NCBI GenBank assembly: GCA_012270555.1
Contig: JAAXIC010000030.1
Location: 18,097-82,096, forward strand
DNA: 64,000 bases
Origin: Chloroflexota bacterium
Lineage (GTDB): Bacteria; Chloroflexota; UBA11872; VXOZ01
Reading direction: 5' to 3'
Part shown: positions 19,091-27,908 of the stretch, one piece after another
How the letters are laid out: the number at the start of each line of letters is the position of its first letter
Position numbering within the stretch: position 1 is the stretch's first letter
Notes under the pieces: model-generated
Database searches by the model: none
What the model saw: only the letters and a program-made list of their open reading frames with translations
What the model was told of the DNA's origin: nothing
Program-made: the position numbers and the translations under genes

Positions 19091-20719
19091 CTAGCTCAGC
19101 GGCAGCGCTTGGCCGGCTCTTACCCATATGTCTTCGAAGAGCAGCAGCCCTATGAGAGCGAAACCGCCCGCAACGATGGCAGCAATCGGTGCCAATCCCA
19201 CGGAGATTGCAATTAGCAATACAACCGGCACTACGTGCCCTAAACCAACGACTCCGATCCAAAAGCGCTGTGCATACTGACCGCGCACGATCATCTGCAC
19301 GGCTTTGGCCGCGTCTCGCGTGCCGTGGGGCAGCCACAACTCGCCAACCAGAATAATGAAGAGATTGGCGATCAAGCTCCACAGCAGCACGGTGCGCAGA
19401 AATTCTTGAGTCTGCTCGGTGGTCTCCACGGCAATTCCCAGGATCGCCAAAGCAGCCGCTCCAGCGAGCGCAGCTTGCACCAGCAAGTGCACCGGCAACG
19501 CCGGACTTAGCCAGAGGTCGCGCGCTTTTGATTGCGCAAAAAGGAATCCCGTGTAGATGGCGGCCAGGATTGCCAGGATACCGCCCGGCCACCATAGGAC
19601 CTGTACTACTCCACCTGCTCCCAGGAGTGCGGCGAGAACGCTCAAACCAGCGACTACCCCAAAGAACAGCAGGATAAACGTGCCGAGGGCAATCCACGAC
19701 CGCCACTGCGGTCTGATGAGAATGGTAAAGAAACGATCGGGACGCTGGAGGTCCCAAACCAGCAGACCGGCCGTGATCGCGAGGAATATCAGGGCCAGAA
19801 TTGGGCCTCCCCAGGCCAGAAGTGGGTTATCGGCTACCAAGCCCAATGTAAGGCCCGCCGCAGGCAACAGAAATGCGCCGGCGGCAATTGACTTCGTCCA
19901 AATATAGGCGCTGACTTTCCAGCCCCACGGCGACGGATGCTCTACGTCGTATACCGTCTTGGCCGACTTTGCAACGAGGTCTTGCAGCAAATTCTCACTA
20001 TCATGCAAGGTGGCGGCGCCGTTGCCGTGAGCAACACCGTTGCCGTTGGCAGTGCTGCTGCTACTTGCGCTCGGCATCTCATTCCAAATGCCGTAGTCTT
20101 GGGCAGGGGTCGCCGCGGACGGCGTCAAGGTGCTTTCGTCGGCATCAATATAGAAGAGCTTCGGTACGGTGCCCTTTTCCGGCTTGCGTACTTGCACCGG
20201 CTCCCGTGAAATCAACTGGGAAATGTAGGTTGTGGGGTCGTCCAAATCGCCCGAAACTATGGCTTGGGTCGGACACACGACCTGGCACGAGGGTTCCAGA
20301 CCCACCTCCACGCGATGGGCGCAGAAATTGCACTTGGCGGCCGTATGCGTATCCGGGTCGATGTGGAGGGCGTCATATGGGCATGCCTGCAAGCACGCTT
20401 TACAACCGATACACCGCTCAGGATCGAAGTCGACGATCCCATCTTGGTGGCGACGGTACAGCGCAGTGACCGGACAAGACGGTATGCAGGGAGCATCGTC
20501 GCAGTGGTTGCACCGCAGCACGGTGAAGTGGCGGCGGTTATTGGGAAACTGGCCCGTCTCAACGTACTTCACCCACGTGCGGTAGACACCCAACGGCACG
20601 TCGTGCTCGGACTTGCACGCAACCGTACAGGCGTGGCAACCAATGCACTTGCGGTTGTCGATGAGAAAGCCAAGTCTCATGGCGGCTCCTGTGCCTGCGG
20701 TGCGGATTTCGTTGCCCAA
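19091..20719 (-). CDS. Fusion protein: four-cluster [4Fe-4S] ferredoxin subunit (PsrB/NrfC/HybA-like) fused to an NrfD/PsrC-type polytopic membrane anchor
   Basis: 542 aa with four Cys clusters (CIGCHACTVAC, CNHCDDAPCIPSCP, CIGCKACLQACP, CNFCAH...CQVVCP), then about 8 predicted transmembrane helices. The true start is probably the internal MRLGFLIDNRKCIGC at about 20680. Confidence 0.8.
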   Translation of the reverse strand: MGNEIRTAGTGAAMRLGFLIDNRKCIGCHACTVACKSEHDVPLGVYRTWVKYVETGQFPNNRRHFTVLRCNHCDDAPCIPSCPVTALYRRHQDGIVDFDPERCIGCKACLQACPYDALHIDPDTHTAAKCNFCAHRVEVGLEPSCQVVCPTQAIVSGDLDDPTTYISQLISREPVQVRKPEKGTVPKLFYIDADESTLTPSAATPAQDYGIWNEMPSASSSSTANGNGVAHGNGAATLHDSENLLQDLVAKSAKTVYDVEHPSPWGWKVSAYIWTKSIAAGAFLLPAAGLTLGLVADNPLLAWGGPILALIFLAITAGLLVWDLQRPDRFFTILIRPQWRSWIALGTFILLFFGVVAGLSVLAALLGAGGVVQVLWWPGGILAILAAIYTGFLFAQSKARDLWLSPALPVHLLVQAALAGAAALAILGIAVETTEQTQEFLRTVLLWSLIANLFIILVGELWLPHGTRDAAKAVQMIVRGQYAQRFWIGVVGLGHVVPVVLLIAISVGLAPIAAIVAGGFALIGLLLFEDIWVRAGQALPLS

Positions 20720-20773
20720 TTATACAATAGTGGTTGCTCGGCTACCACTTTGGAATATTCGCTCAGTGAGCTG

Positions 20774-21805
20774 TTACTTCAACCCATGCTTCCGAATCGC
20801 TTCGTACACTGTCTCGCACCATGTTAACAAGGAATTCAGCTCACTTTCCTTGAGTCGTCGATTGATTGCAAGCTTGAGATTCTTGCCCGCAGTGTCAAAG
20901 AACCTAGTCTCTTCAGCTTGCCTATGAAGGCAAAGAATCGCCTCTTCCGGCACAGCGCTTCTTATATCAACACCAGGGTCCCCAAAAAGATACGTGTAAA
21001 AGGACTGTCCGTACTTGCAGTCAGGGATGTAGCCGTAACCGAAGGCAACGAACCTGTCATTGATTTCAACACGTAGACTGAACCCTGCACTTCCCCACCG
21101 CGTGGTTAGAGGCTGCTTCTTCCCAAACTCAAGTATCTTGGTAAAGACATAGCGACCGTTCTCGTCGAGCGCAGCCATGAATTCATCCTCTGTCAACGGG
21201 GGTCTGGGAGGAGAAGGCGTAGCAGGATCCTCGTCGATTACTGTCTCAAAAGCCAGAAGACGATTCTTGCTATTGTCCTCAAAGAGCTTAAACTCAACGC
21301 ACGTCACGCGGAGGCCTTTGTTATTCAAGATTTCTGCCGTTTGCTTGACCTCAGGGGTAATCTGCTGACCAACAATTACAATGCGTTGATCCTTATTGAG
21401 ATGTACAGATCTATCGAGACCAAAGTGATTGCGGTGACACTCGGCTAGAACGAGCGAACTGTTCTTTCGGTAGCAGCGAAAGATCTCCTCCAACCGTTGA
21501 GCATCAAAACCCGTAACGGACGACACATACGCCAATGCCTGGCCGATCGCGTTGCGGGATGCTGTGCCGCTCTTCAATTCGACCACAACCACGTTGCCTT
21601 GCCGGTCCAAGCACAGTAGATCAATGTATCCGTCCAAATCAGTGCGCACCTGTCGCCCAATTACGAGGAGACTGCCGCTCTCCAGAATGGCGTCAGGGTT
21701 GGATTCAAGCCAGTCTTCTAGCACGACTTCCTCATGCTCGTCCTCAAAAGGAGTAAGCTCAAACTCGACAAACGTATCCTTTGGTTGTATCTGAAAGATC
21801 CTCAT
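20774..21805 (-). CDS. NucS/DUF91-like PD-(D/E)XK nuclease domain protein with a Pro-rich linker and an uncharacterised C-terminal domain; encoded on a low-GC islet
   Basis: N-terminal 170 aa match the NucS nuclease domain, with DGYIDLLCLD ... VVVVELK ... IGQALAY ... QRIVIVGQQITPEVKQ. Then a linker PATPSPPRPP and about 130 aa of unknown fold. GC is about 48-50%, against about 63% for the flanks. The start was chosen at MRIFQ (21805), because the longer frame would overlap gpsA. Confidence 0.55.
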   Translation of the reverse strand: MRIFQIQPKDTFVEFELTPFEDEHEEVVLEDWLESNPDAILESGSLLVIGRQVRTDLDGYIDLLCLDRQGNVVVVELKSGTASRNAIGQALAYVSSVTGFDAQRLEEIFRCYRKNSSLVLAECHRNHFGLDRSVHLNKDQRIVIVGQQITPEVKQTAEILNNKGLRVTCVEFKLFEDNSKNRLLAFETVIDEDPATPSPPRPPLTEDEFMAALDENGRYVFTKILEFGKKQPLTTRWGSAGFSLRVEINDRFVAFGYGYIPDCKYGQSFYTYLFGDPGVDIRSAVPEEAILCLHRQAEETRFFDTAGKNLKLAINRRLKESELNSLLTWCETVYEAIRKHGLK

Positions 21806-21854
21806 AGCCCCTGCCATCACAACAAGTGTTTCAAGCACTCTTGTATATACGCCG

Positions 21855-22883
21855 CTAATGTCGCGCAGAAGACTCGAAACCAAAACTATCGAGTTCATCT
21901 CGCGGCGCGCGTTCCAGCAATTCCACCGTCGCTTGAGCCACTGTGATACCGCCAAAGAGCACTTCATGCAACAACTCGGTAATTGGCAGTTCCACGTCCA
22001 ATTGCCGGGCCAAGCGCACGGCGGCGCGCGTGGTCGGCACGCCCTCGGCGACGTTGGTCATAGAGGACAAAATAGTGTCGAGCGGCTTCCCTTGCGCCAA
22101 TTGCTCGCCCACGTGGCGGTTGCGACTTTGGCGGCTAGCGCAGGTTGCCATGAGATCGCCCAAGCCCGCCAATCCCGCAAACGTGAGCGGTTGCGCCCCC
22201 ATCGCCACACCCAGGCGCGTCATCTCCGCCACGCCGCGCGTCAGGAGCGCCGCTTTCGCGTTGTCGCCTAACTGCAAGCCGTCACAGATGCCGGCGACTA
22301 TCGCCATCACGTTCTTCAGCGCCCCTCCCAACTCGACGCCAAAGACATCGGTACTCGTGTAAATGCGAAAACGCGGGAGCATGAGCATCTCCCGCGCCTG
22401 TCGCGTCAGTGCGGTGTCTGTGCCCGCGAGCACGGCGGCCGCGGGTTGGCCTCTGGCAATTTCGCGGGCAAGGTTGGGACCGGAGAGCGCCAGCACACGG
22501 CTAGGCGCAAGCACCGGCAACTCTTCTCTAATGAGAGCCGACATCGTCTTACCGGCATCGGTCTCAAGACCCTTGGTGGCCGAGACCAGGATAGAGTCTG
22601 TCGCAATACCCGGCGCGATCCAACGGACGTTCCGCCGCATCGCTTCTGACGGCACCACCAAGAGTGTGAGGTTACTCCCCTCCAGCGCCTCGTGCGGATC
22701 GCTCGTTATGCAGATGTCTGGCGGTATTTCCGTTCCAGGCAGGAAGCGCTCGTTCTCGCCCGACTGCCGCAACTGAGCCGCCTCACCCTCGGTGCGAGCG
22801 AGCCAGCGTACGGAGCGGTCCGCGCGTGCGAGTTGCACCGCCAACGTCGTCCCCCACGTGCCGGTGCCGACGACAGTTATCAC
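21855..22883 (-). CDS. gpsA: NAD(P)H-dependent glycerol-3-phosphate dehydrogenase
   Basis: 342 aa, MITVVGTGTWGTTLA...GALKNVMAIVAGICDGL, canonical GpsA. Confidence 0.9.
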   Translation of the reverse strand: MITVVGTGTWGTTLAVQLARADRSVRWLARTEGEAAQLRQSGENERFLPGTEIPPDICITSDPHEALEGSNLTLLVVPSEAMRRNVRWIAPGIATDSILVSATKGLETDAGKTMSALIREELPVLAPSRVLALSGPNLAREIARGQPAAAVLAGTDTALTRQAREMLMLPRFRIYTSTDVFGVELGGALKNVMAIVAGICDGLQLGDNAKAALLTRGVAEMTRLGVAMGAQPLTFAGLAGLGDLMATCASRQSRNRHVGEQLAQGKPLDTILSSMTNVAEGVPTTRAAVRLARQLDVELPITELLHEVLFGGITVAQATVELLERAPRDELDSFGFESSARH

Positions 22884-23091
22884 GTTCTCGGCGTCCTTAG
22901 AGGTGCTTGGATTGTCTGCACTATCCCATCGTTATGCATCGTAAGCCGCAAGCAAAGCGCTCACACCCTCGCGCAACCGGCGGTACCCGGCGTCCGGTCT
23001 CGGGCAAACTCTGGTGATCATACTGCTAGGTAATTGGTGCGGAAAGGGATTCCCCTGAGCCACCACCAGCTTCTTCCCTGCAAGAAGGCAC

Positions 23092-24060
23092 CTAGTAGCC
23101 CGCCTCCTTGTCCACCACGTTGAGAAGCGGTTCGCCACTTAGGAAACGCCCAATGTTCTCTTCCAGCAGGTCAAAGAAGCGATCGTCGTTATGCGGCGCA
23201 GTCCCCGAGGTATGTTGGGTGACAATGACATTGGGCATGTCCCATAGTTCAGAATCCGGCGGCAACGGCTCCGGGTCGGTTACGTCGAGACCGGCGCCCG
23301 CAATCCATCCTTCCTTGAGCGCAGTCAGCAGCGGCTCTGCCTGAATTATCCTGCCGCGGCCAATGTTGTAGATGTAGGCGCTCGGCTTCATCGCGTGTAA
23401 CTCTTCTTCACCAATTAGACCTGTCGTTGCCGCAGTAAGCGGGCAGCACACCGCCACGTGGTCCGACTGCCGCAAGAGATCGTGCAGGCCGTCTGAGCCC
23501 ACGAGCTTGTCGAGATATGACGGCTTTTCTTTGGGCCGGCGGCGCAGCCCAATGACGCGCATATCCAGGTGATGTGCCTTTTCGGCCAGCGCGGAGCCGA
23601 TGCCACCAGCGCCAACCACACCAAGGCTCTGTCCGCCCAAGCAGAAGGGATCGAATTCGGGAGGCCGCCACACGTGATCGCGTTGCGCCTGAAGAATCTT
23701 GCGGAAGTCACGGGCAAAGCACAGCATCATAGTCAAGACGTGCTCGGAAATCTGCGCGGCATGCAGGCTCTGCGCATTTGTCACTATCACGTCAGAAGCA
23801 ATTACCTCTGGCGTGAGCAAGCGGTCAACCCCGGCTCCTTGGTTTTGGATCCAGCGCAAATTACGCGCCTGGGGCAGCAACTCTTGTGGCAAACGCCCTA
23901 CCACAACGTGGGCCCGGGGCATCACCTCCGCATACTCGGCGTCGTTGCTTGGCACGACGAATTCGATCTGCGAGAATCTATGCCGTAATTGCTCAACTTT
24001 GTCCCTGCGCTCACTCCATGTTGACAAGACTACTGTTAGCTCTGCCATGAACGGAAACAC
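23092..24060 (-). CDS. D-isomer-specific 2-hydroxyacid dehydrogenase family protein (NAD-binding)
   Basis: GVVGAGGIGSALA Rossmann motif and the HVAVCCPLTAATTGLIG..NIGRG..AGLDV.D.EPLP family signature. The start may be the internal MAELTVVL (24048). Confidence 0.8.
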   Translation of the reverse strand: MFPFMAELTVVLSTWSERRDKVEQLRHRFSQIEFVVPSNDAEYAEVMPRAHVVVGRLPQELLPQARNLRWIQNQGAGVDRLLTPEVIASDVIVTNAQSLHAAQISEHVLTMMLCFARDFRKILQAQRDHVWRPPEFDPFCLGGQSLGVVGAGGIGSALAEKAHHLDMRVIGLRRRPKEKPSYLDKLVGSDGLHDLLRQSDHVAVCCPLTAATTGLIGEEELHAMKPSAYIYNIGRGRIIQAEPLLTALKEGWIAGAGLDVTDPEPLPPDSELWDMPNVIVTQHTSGTAPHNDDRFFDLLEENIGRFLSGEPLLNVVDKEAGY

Positions 24061-24123
24061 ATCCTATGCTACGCAAATTCCATTACAACGTGAGAAAGTC
24101 CACCCCATGATAGCAGAGCACCC

Positions 24124-25158
24124 ATGATTCGGCTTGAAGATCTCGACTACGAGTTGCCGCCAAACTTCATTGCGCAGCAGCCCTGCGAGCCGCGCGACGC
24201 GGCCCGTTTGCTGGTCTACCGCCGGGCCACTGGCGAGATTAAACACAGTCAGGTAGCGCAGCTAAAAGACTTCCTTCACCCGGGCGACCTGCTGGTGGCC
24301 AACGACACGCGCGTGATTCCGGCGCGGCTTATTGGCAAACGAGAAGGTACAGGCGGCAGAGTAGAGGTGCTCTTGCTGCGTCCACAAGAGCAAGACTGGT
24401 GGGAAGCGCTCGTGCGGCCTTCGCAGCGTCTCAAGCCCGGTGCCCGCATTGTGCTGGAGAGCGAGGAGGACAAGAGTCCGGATGTCGTTGAGGTTGGCGC
24501 TTGGCTCCCGCACGGCAAGCGGCGCGTGCGCTTCCAGGATGATCCAAATGCCGTAATCGAACGCCACGGCACGACGCCCCTGCCGCCGTACATCCGTGAA
24601 CCCCTTGCGGATCCCGCGCGCTACCAGACCACCTATGCCCGCGTGAGCGGCTCTGCCGCTGCGCCCACTGCCGGGTTGCACTTCACGCCGCGGCTCGTCC
24701 AAGAGCTTGAGGAATACGGCGTGCGCTTCGCCTTCATTACCCTTCACATCGGCCTGGACACGTTCCAACCTATCCGAGAAGAGAATCCGCTGCAGCACCC
24801 TATCCATAGCGAGTATCTGGAAGTGCCCGCGGAGACGGTGCACTTGATTCAAGGGACCAAGGCGCGGCAAGGCAGAGTGATAGCGGTAGGGACAACGAGC
24901 GTGCGCGCGCTGGAAAGCGCCGCCGCTGCGCAGGGAGTAATGCAGCCCTTCAGCGGCGAAACGCGCCTCTACATCTACCCCGGCTATCGATTCCGTGTGG
25001 TGGACGGCATCCTGACGAACTTCCACCTGCCCCGCTCCACCCTGCTGCTGCTCGTGGCAGCGTATACGGGCTTGGCCGAACTGAAGCGGATCTACCGGAC
25101 CGCAATCGAAGAGAACTACCGCTTCTACAGCTTCGGTGACGCGAGCCTGCTGCTCTAA
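24124..25158 (+). CDS. queA: S-adenosylmethionine:tRNA ribosyltransferase-isomerase
   Basis: 344 aa, LDYELPPNFIAQQP...ANDTRVIPARL...GLHFTP, canonical QueA. Confidence 0.9.
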   Translation: MIRLEDLDYELPPNFIAQQPCEPRDAARLLVYRRATGEIKHSQVAQLKDFLHPGDLLVANDTRVIPARLIGKREGTGGRVEVLLLRPQEQDWWEALVRPSQRLKPGARIVLESEEDKSPDVVEVGAWLPHGKRRVRFQDDPNAVIERHGTTPLPPYIREPLADPARYQTTYARVSGSAAAPTAGLHFTPRLVQELEEYGVRFAFITLHIGLDTFQPIREENPLQHPIHSEYLEVPAETVHLIQGTKARQGRVIAVGTTSVRALESAAAAQGVMQPFSGETRLYIYPGYRFRVVDGILTNFHLPRSTLLLLVAAYTGLAELKRIYRTAIEENYRFYSFGDASLLL

Positions 25159-25164
25159 TAGCAA

Positions 25165-27360
25165 CTAGGCAAGCTTCTCCAGCGGCGCAAACGAGGCGGA
25201 GAGGCGCTTGATGCCAATGTCGGGAAAGGCGACGGTCACTTCTTCGTCCGTGTCGGTGATCTTGCTGCTCACCACCCTGCCTTCCCCGAAAACGCTGTGC
25301 CGCACGCGGTCGCCGTCGCGGTACTTCCGCTCCTGCGCTGACGACTCGCGCTGCGGAGGTGAGGCGGAATGCGACCCTTGCCACACGGCCTCCACCGGGG
25401 TTTGCATCTGCATGCCGGGGCCGGTCACAAGCTCCATGGGCAGCTCCGCGATGAAGCGGGAGGGAATGCGGCCAAGCGATTGGCTGCTGTAGCGCCGCGC
25501 GGCATAGAGTAGGTAGAGCCGCTCCTTGGCCCTCGTCAGCGCCACGTAGCAAAGGCGGCGCTCCTCCGCCAACTGCTCCGGATCGTCAAGCGAGCGAATG
25601 TGGGGAAAAAGCTCTTCTTCCATACCTGCCACGAACACCGCCGGAAATTCCAGACCCTTGGCGTTATGCATCGTCATGAGGGTCAGGCCGCCGTCTTCAG
25701 CCATACGATCGACGTCGGCTACCAGCGTGGCTTCGTGCAGAAACAGGCTCAGGCCCTGCGGAGGCTCAACCTCGTCAAAGCGCGCGGCGGCAGCCACCAA
25801 CTCATCCAGGTTCTCTTCGCGGTCCACCGCCTCTTCGACATTGTCGTTATTGCGAATGTGCTCCAGATACCCACTCTCCCGGACAACCGTCTTCACAAAC
25901 TCGCTCAGGGGCAAACGCTCCATCTCCTGGCGAAACCCGCTGAGCAGATGGCCGAGGCTCTCAAGGGCAACACGCGCCCGCGCCGTCACGGGCAAAGGGT
26001 CTGTGATGCTGCCCGCCACGAGGCGCAAGACCGCCTCGGCGGGGGCCAGACCCTGCATCTCGGCCCACATGGTTAGCGCCGCGAACGTCTTGGCGCCAAT
26101 CCCGCGCGGCGGCACATTGACGACGCGCCGAAAGCTGAGGCTGTCGCTGAGATTGTGAATTACCCGCAGATAAGCCAGCGCGTCCTTGACCTCCCGCCGC
26201 TGGTAGAAGGCGACGCCCCCTACCAATTGATAGGGAATGCCATAGGTGACCAAGGCGTCTTCCAAAGCCCGTGATTGCGCGTTGGTGCGGTACATCACAA
26301 CGCAATCGCGCAAGCCAAGGCCCTCATCCTGCAAACGGCGCACAGTATTCACAATGAGGCGCGCTTCATCTTCTTCATCGAGCGCCGGCAAGACGACCAG
26401 CGGCGCGCCGCCGCCGTTCTCCGTCCATAACCGCTTGTCGCGGCGGTGTGGCAAGCGGCTGATGATGTTGTGGGCGGCATCCAGGATGTTTTGTGTGGAG
26501 CGGTAATTCTGCTCTAGCTTTATGACAACGGCGTCGTCATTCTCCTGTTCGAAATCCAGGATGTTGCGCAGGTCGGCGCCTCGCCAACTGTAGATGCCTT
26601 GGTCGTCGTCACCCACAACGCAGAGATTGTGATACTTGGCAGCCAGCAGCCGCACCAACTCGTACTGCGCATGGTTCGTATCCTGGTATTCGTCAACCAT
26701 GATGTAGCGAAAACGGTCCTGATAGTGCTCGCGCACGTCGGGAAACTCGCGGAAGAGCTGCACCACATACATGATGAGATCATTGAAGTCGAGCGCATTG
26801 GCGTTGCGAAGGGTGTCTTGATAGCGCCGGTATACCCGCGCCGCGGCCTCTTCAAAAGGTCCCTGGGCGTGTTCGGCGAACACGTGCGGAGTGATGAGTT
26901 CATCTTTGGCGCGGGATATGGTGTTCAAGACGGCACGCGGACTCAGCCGCTTCTCATTGATGTCGAGGGCTTTGAGCACGTCCTTAATGACGGACAACTG
27001 GTCGGCGTCATCGTAGATCGTAAAGCCTTCTTCCCAGCCCAGCCGTCGGAGTTCGCGGCGGAGTATGCGCGAGCAGAACGCGTGGAACGTGCTCAGCAGC
27101 ACGTTATCGCCAATCGGTCCTGCGAGTTCCCGTACCCGGTTGCGCATTTCTCCAGCAGCTTTATTCGTAAACGTCACCCCCAGGATCTGCCATGGCGGTA
27201 CACGCTTGGCGAGCATGAGATAGGCAATGCGGTGGACGATTACCCGTGTCTTGCCGGAACCGGCGCCGGCCAAGATAAGCACCGGCCCGTTCGTCGTTTC
27301 AACTGCGCTCTGCTGGGGTTCATTGAGATTTGCCAGCAGAGATTCAGGGTTTGTGATCAA
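25165..27360 (-). CDS. pcrA: ATP-dependent DNA helicase, UvrD/PcrA family
   Basis: 731 aa, LNEPQQSAVETTNGPVLILAGAGSGKTRV, the UvrD/PcrA motif I. Confidence 0.9.
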   Translation of the reverse strand: MITNPESLLANLNEPQQSAVETTNGPVLILAGAGSGKTRVIVHRIAYLMLAKRVPPWQILGVTFTNKAAGEMRNRVRELAGPIGDNVLLSTFHAFCSRILRRELRRLGWEEGFTIYDDADQLSVIKDVLKALDINEKRLSPRAVLNTISRAKDELITPHVFAEHAQGPFEEAAARVYRRYQDTLRNANALDFNDLIMYVVQLFREFPDVREHYQDRFRYIMVDEYQDTNHAQYELVRLLAAKYHNLCVVGDDDQGIYSWRGADLRNILDFEQENDDAVVIKLEQNYRSTQNILDAAHNIISRLPHRRDKRLWTENGGGAPLVVLPALDEEDEARLIVNTVRRLQDEGLGLRDCVVMYRTNAQSRALEDALVTYGIPYQLVGGVAFYQRREVKDALAYLRVIHNLSDSLSFRRVVNVPPRGIGAKTFAALTMWAEMQGLAPAEAVLRLVAGSITDPLPVTARARVALESLGHLLSGFRQEMERLPLSEFVKTVVRESGYLEHIRNNDNVEEAVDREENLDELVAAAARFDEVEPPQGLSLFLHEATLVADVDRMAEDGGLTLMTMHNAKGLEFPAVFVAGMEEELFPHIRSLDDPEQLAEERRLCYVALTRAKERLYLLYAARRYSSQSLGRIPSRFIAELPMELVTGPGMQMQTPVEAVWQGSHSASPPQRESSAQERKYRDGDRVRHSVFGEGRVVSSKITDTDEEVTVAFPDIGIKRLSASFAPLEKLA

Positions 27361-27734
27361 GAAATACCTCTCCGTGCGGCGCTGGAGAAAAGCTCAGGGC
27401 CTAGCAGAAATGTGAGCGGGGTACGTAGGAAGGAGCAAGCTAAGCACCCCTCTGGAGGATTTTATCACCATCACTCCTCGGCTGCACTCTGCCTCAATTA
27501 AGTGACGGTAGCGAAAAACCATCTGACTTGTAGGATTTTCAGCAACACGCATTCAGGGGAATCTCGACAATCATGGAGTCAAGAGAGTCCAACACGCCAA
27601 CTCGATCTCTGGAAAGCGTGCGGACTGCAAAAAGAGTGCCTCATGCACTATCGTTAACCTGAAGTAAGGTCACTTAAATTAATCCATAGTCATTTTCTAG
27701 GTTTTCTCCGGGAATTGCTTGACTCGCACTAGAG

Positions 27735-27750
27735 GTTAAGGTACCTTAAC
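27735..27750. promoter_or_regulatory. Perfect 16-bp palindrome GTTAAGGTACCTTAAC beside a TTGACT -35-like hexamer (27719-27724). Candidate operator for the downstream iron-type ABC transporter.
   Basis: Read directly, in the 548-bp AT-rich region upstream of the gene at 27909. A second related half-site, GTAAGGTCACTTAAA, lies at 27664-27678. Confidence 0.4.
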
Positions 27751-27908
27751 TTTTGCCAATCAGGCTAACGTCTCACATTCTGACGCAAGGCGCCAACTGC
27801 CAAGCGCCAAAATGGAACCGCTCGCTGGGTGTCTGATCGGCAGAACTTGTGCTCAAAGGCCTTGCAGCGCACGACAGAATATCTCAGATACAAGGGGAAT
27901 TGGCACAA

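Noticed and set aside
21806-21967. Longer N-terminal frame of the nuclease gene (start at 21967)
   Set aside because: It would overlap the 3' end of gpsA by more than 100 nt. The NucS-like homology begins after the internal Met (MRIFQ), so the short form was adopted.
27361-27908. TPP (thiamine) riboswitch in the leader of the FbpA/TbpA-like ABC transporter
   Set aside because: I could not find the conserved CUGAGA ... ACCUGAUCUGGAUAAUGCCAGCG core; only a loose CTCAGATA is present. The palindromic operator interpretation fits better.
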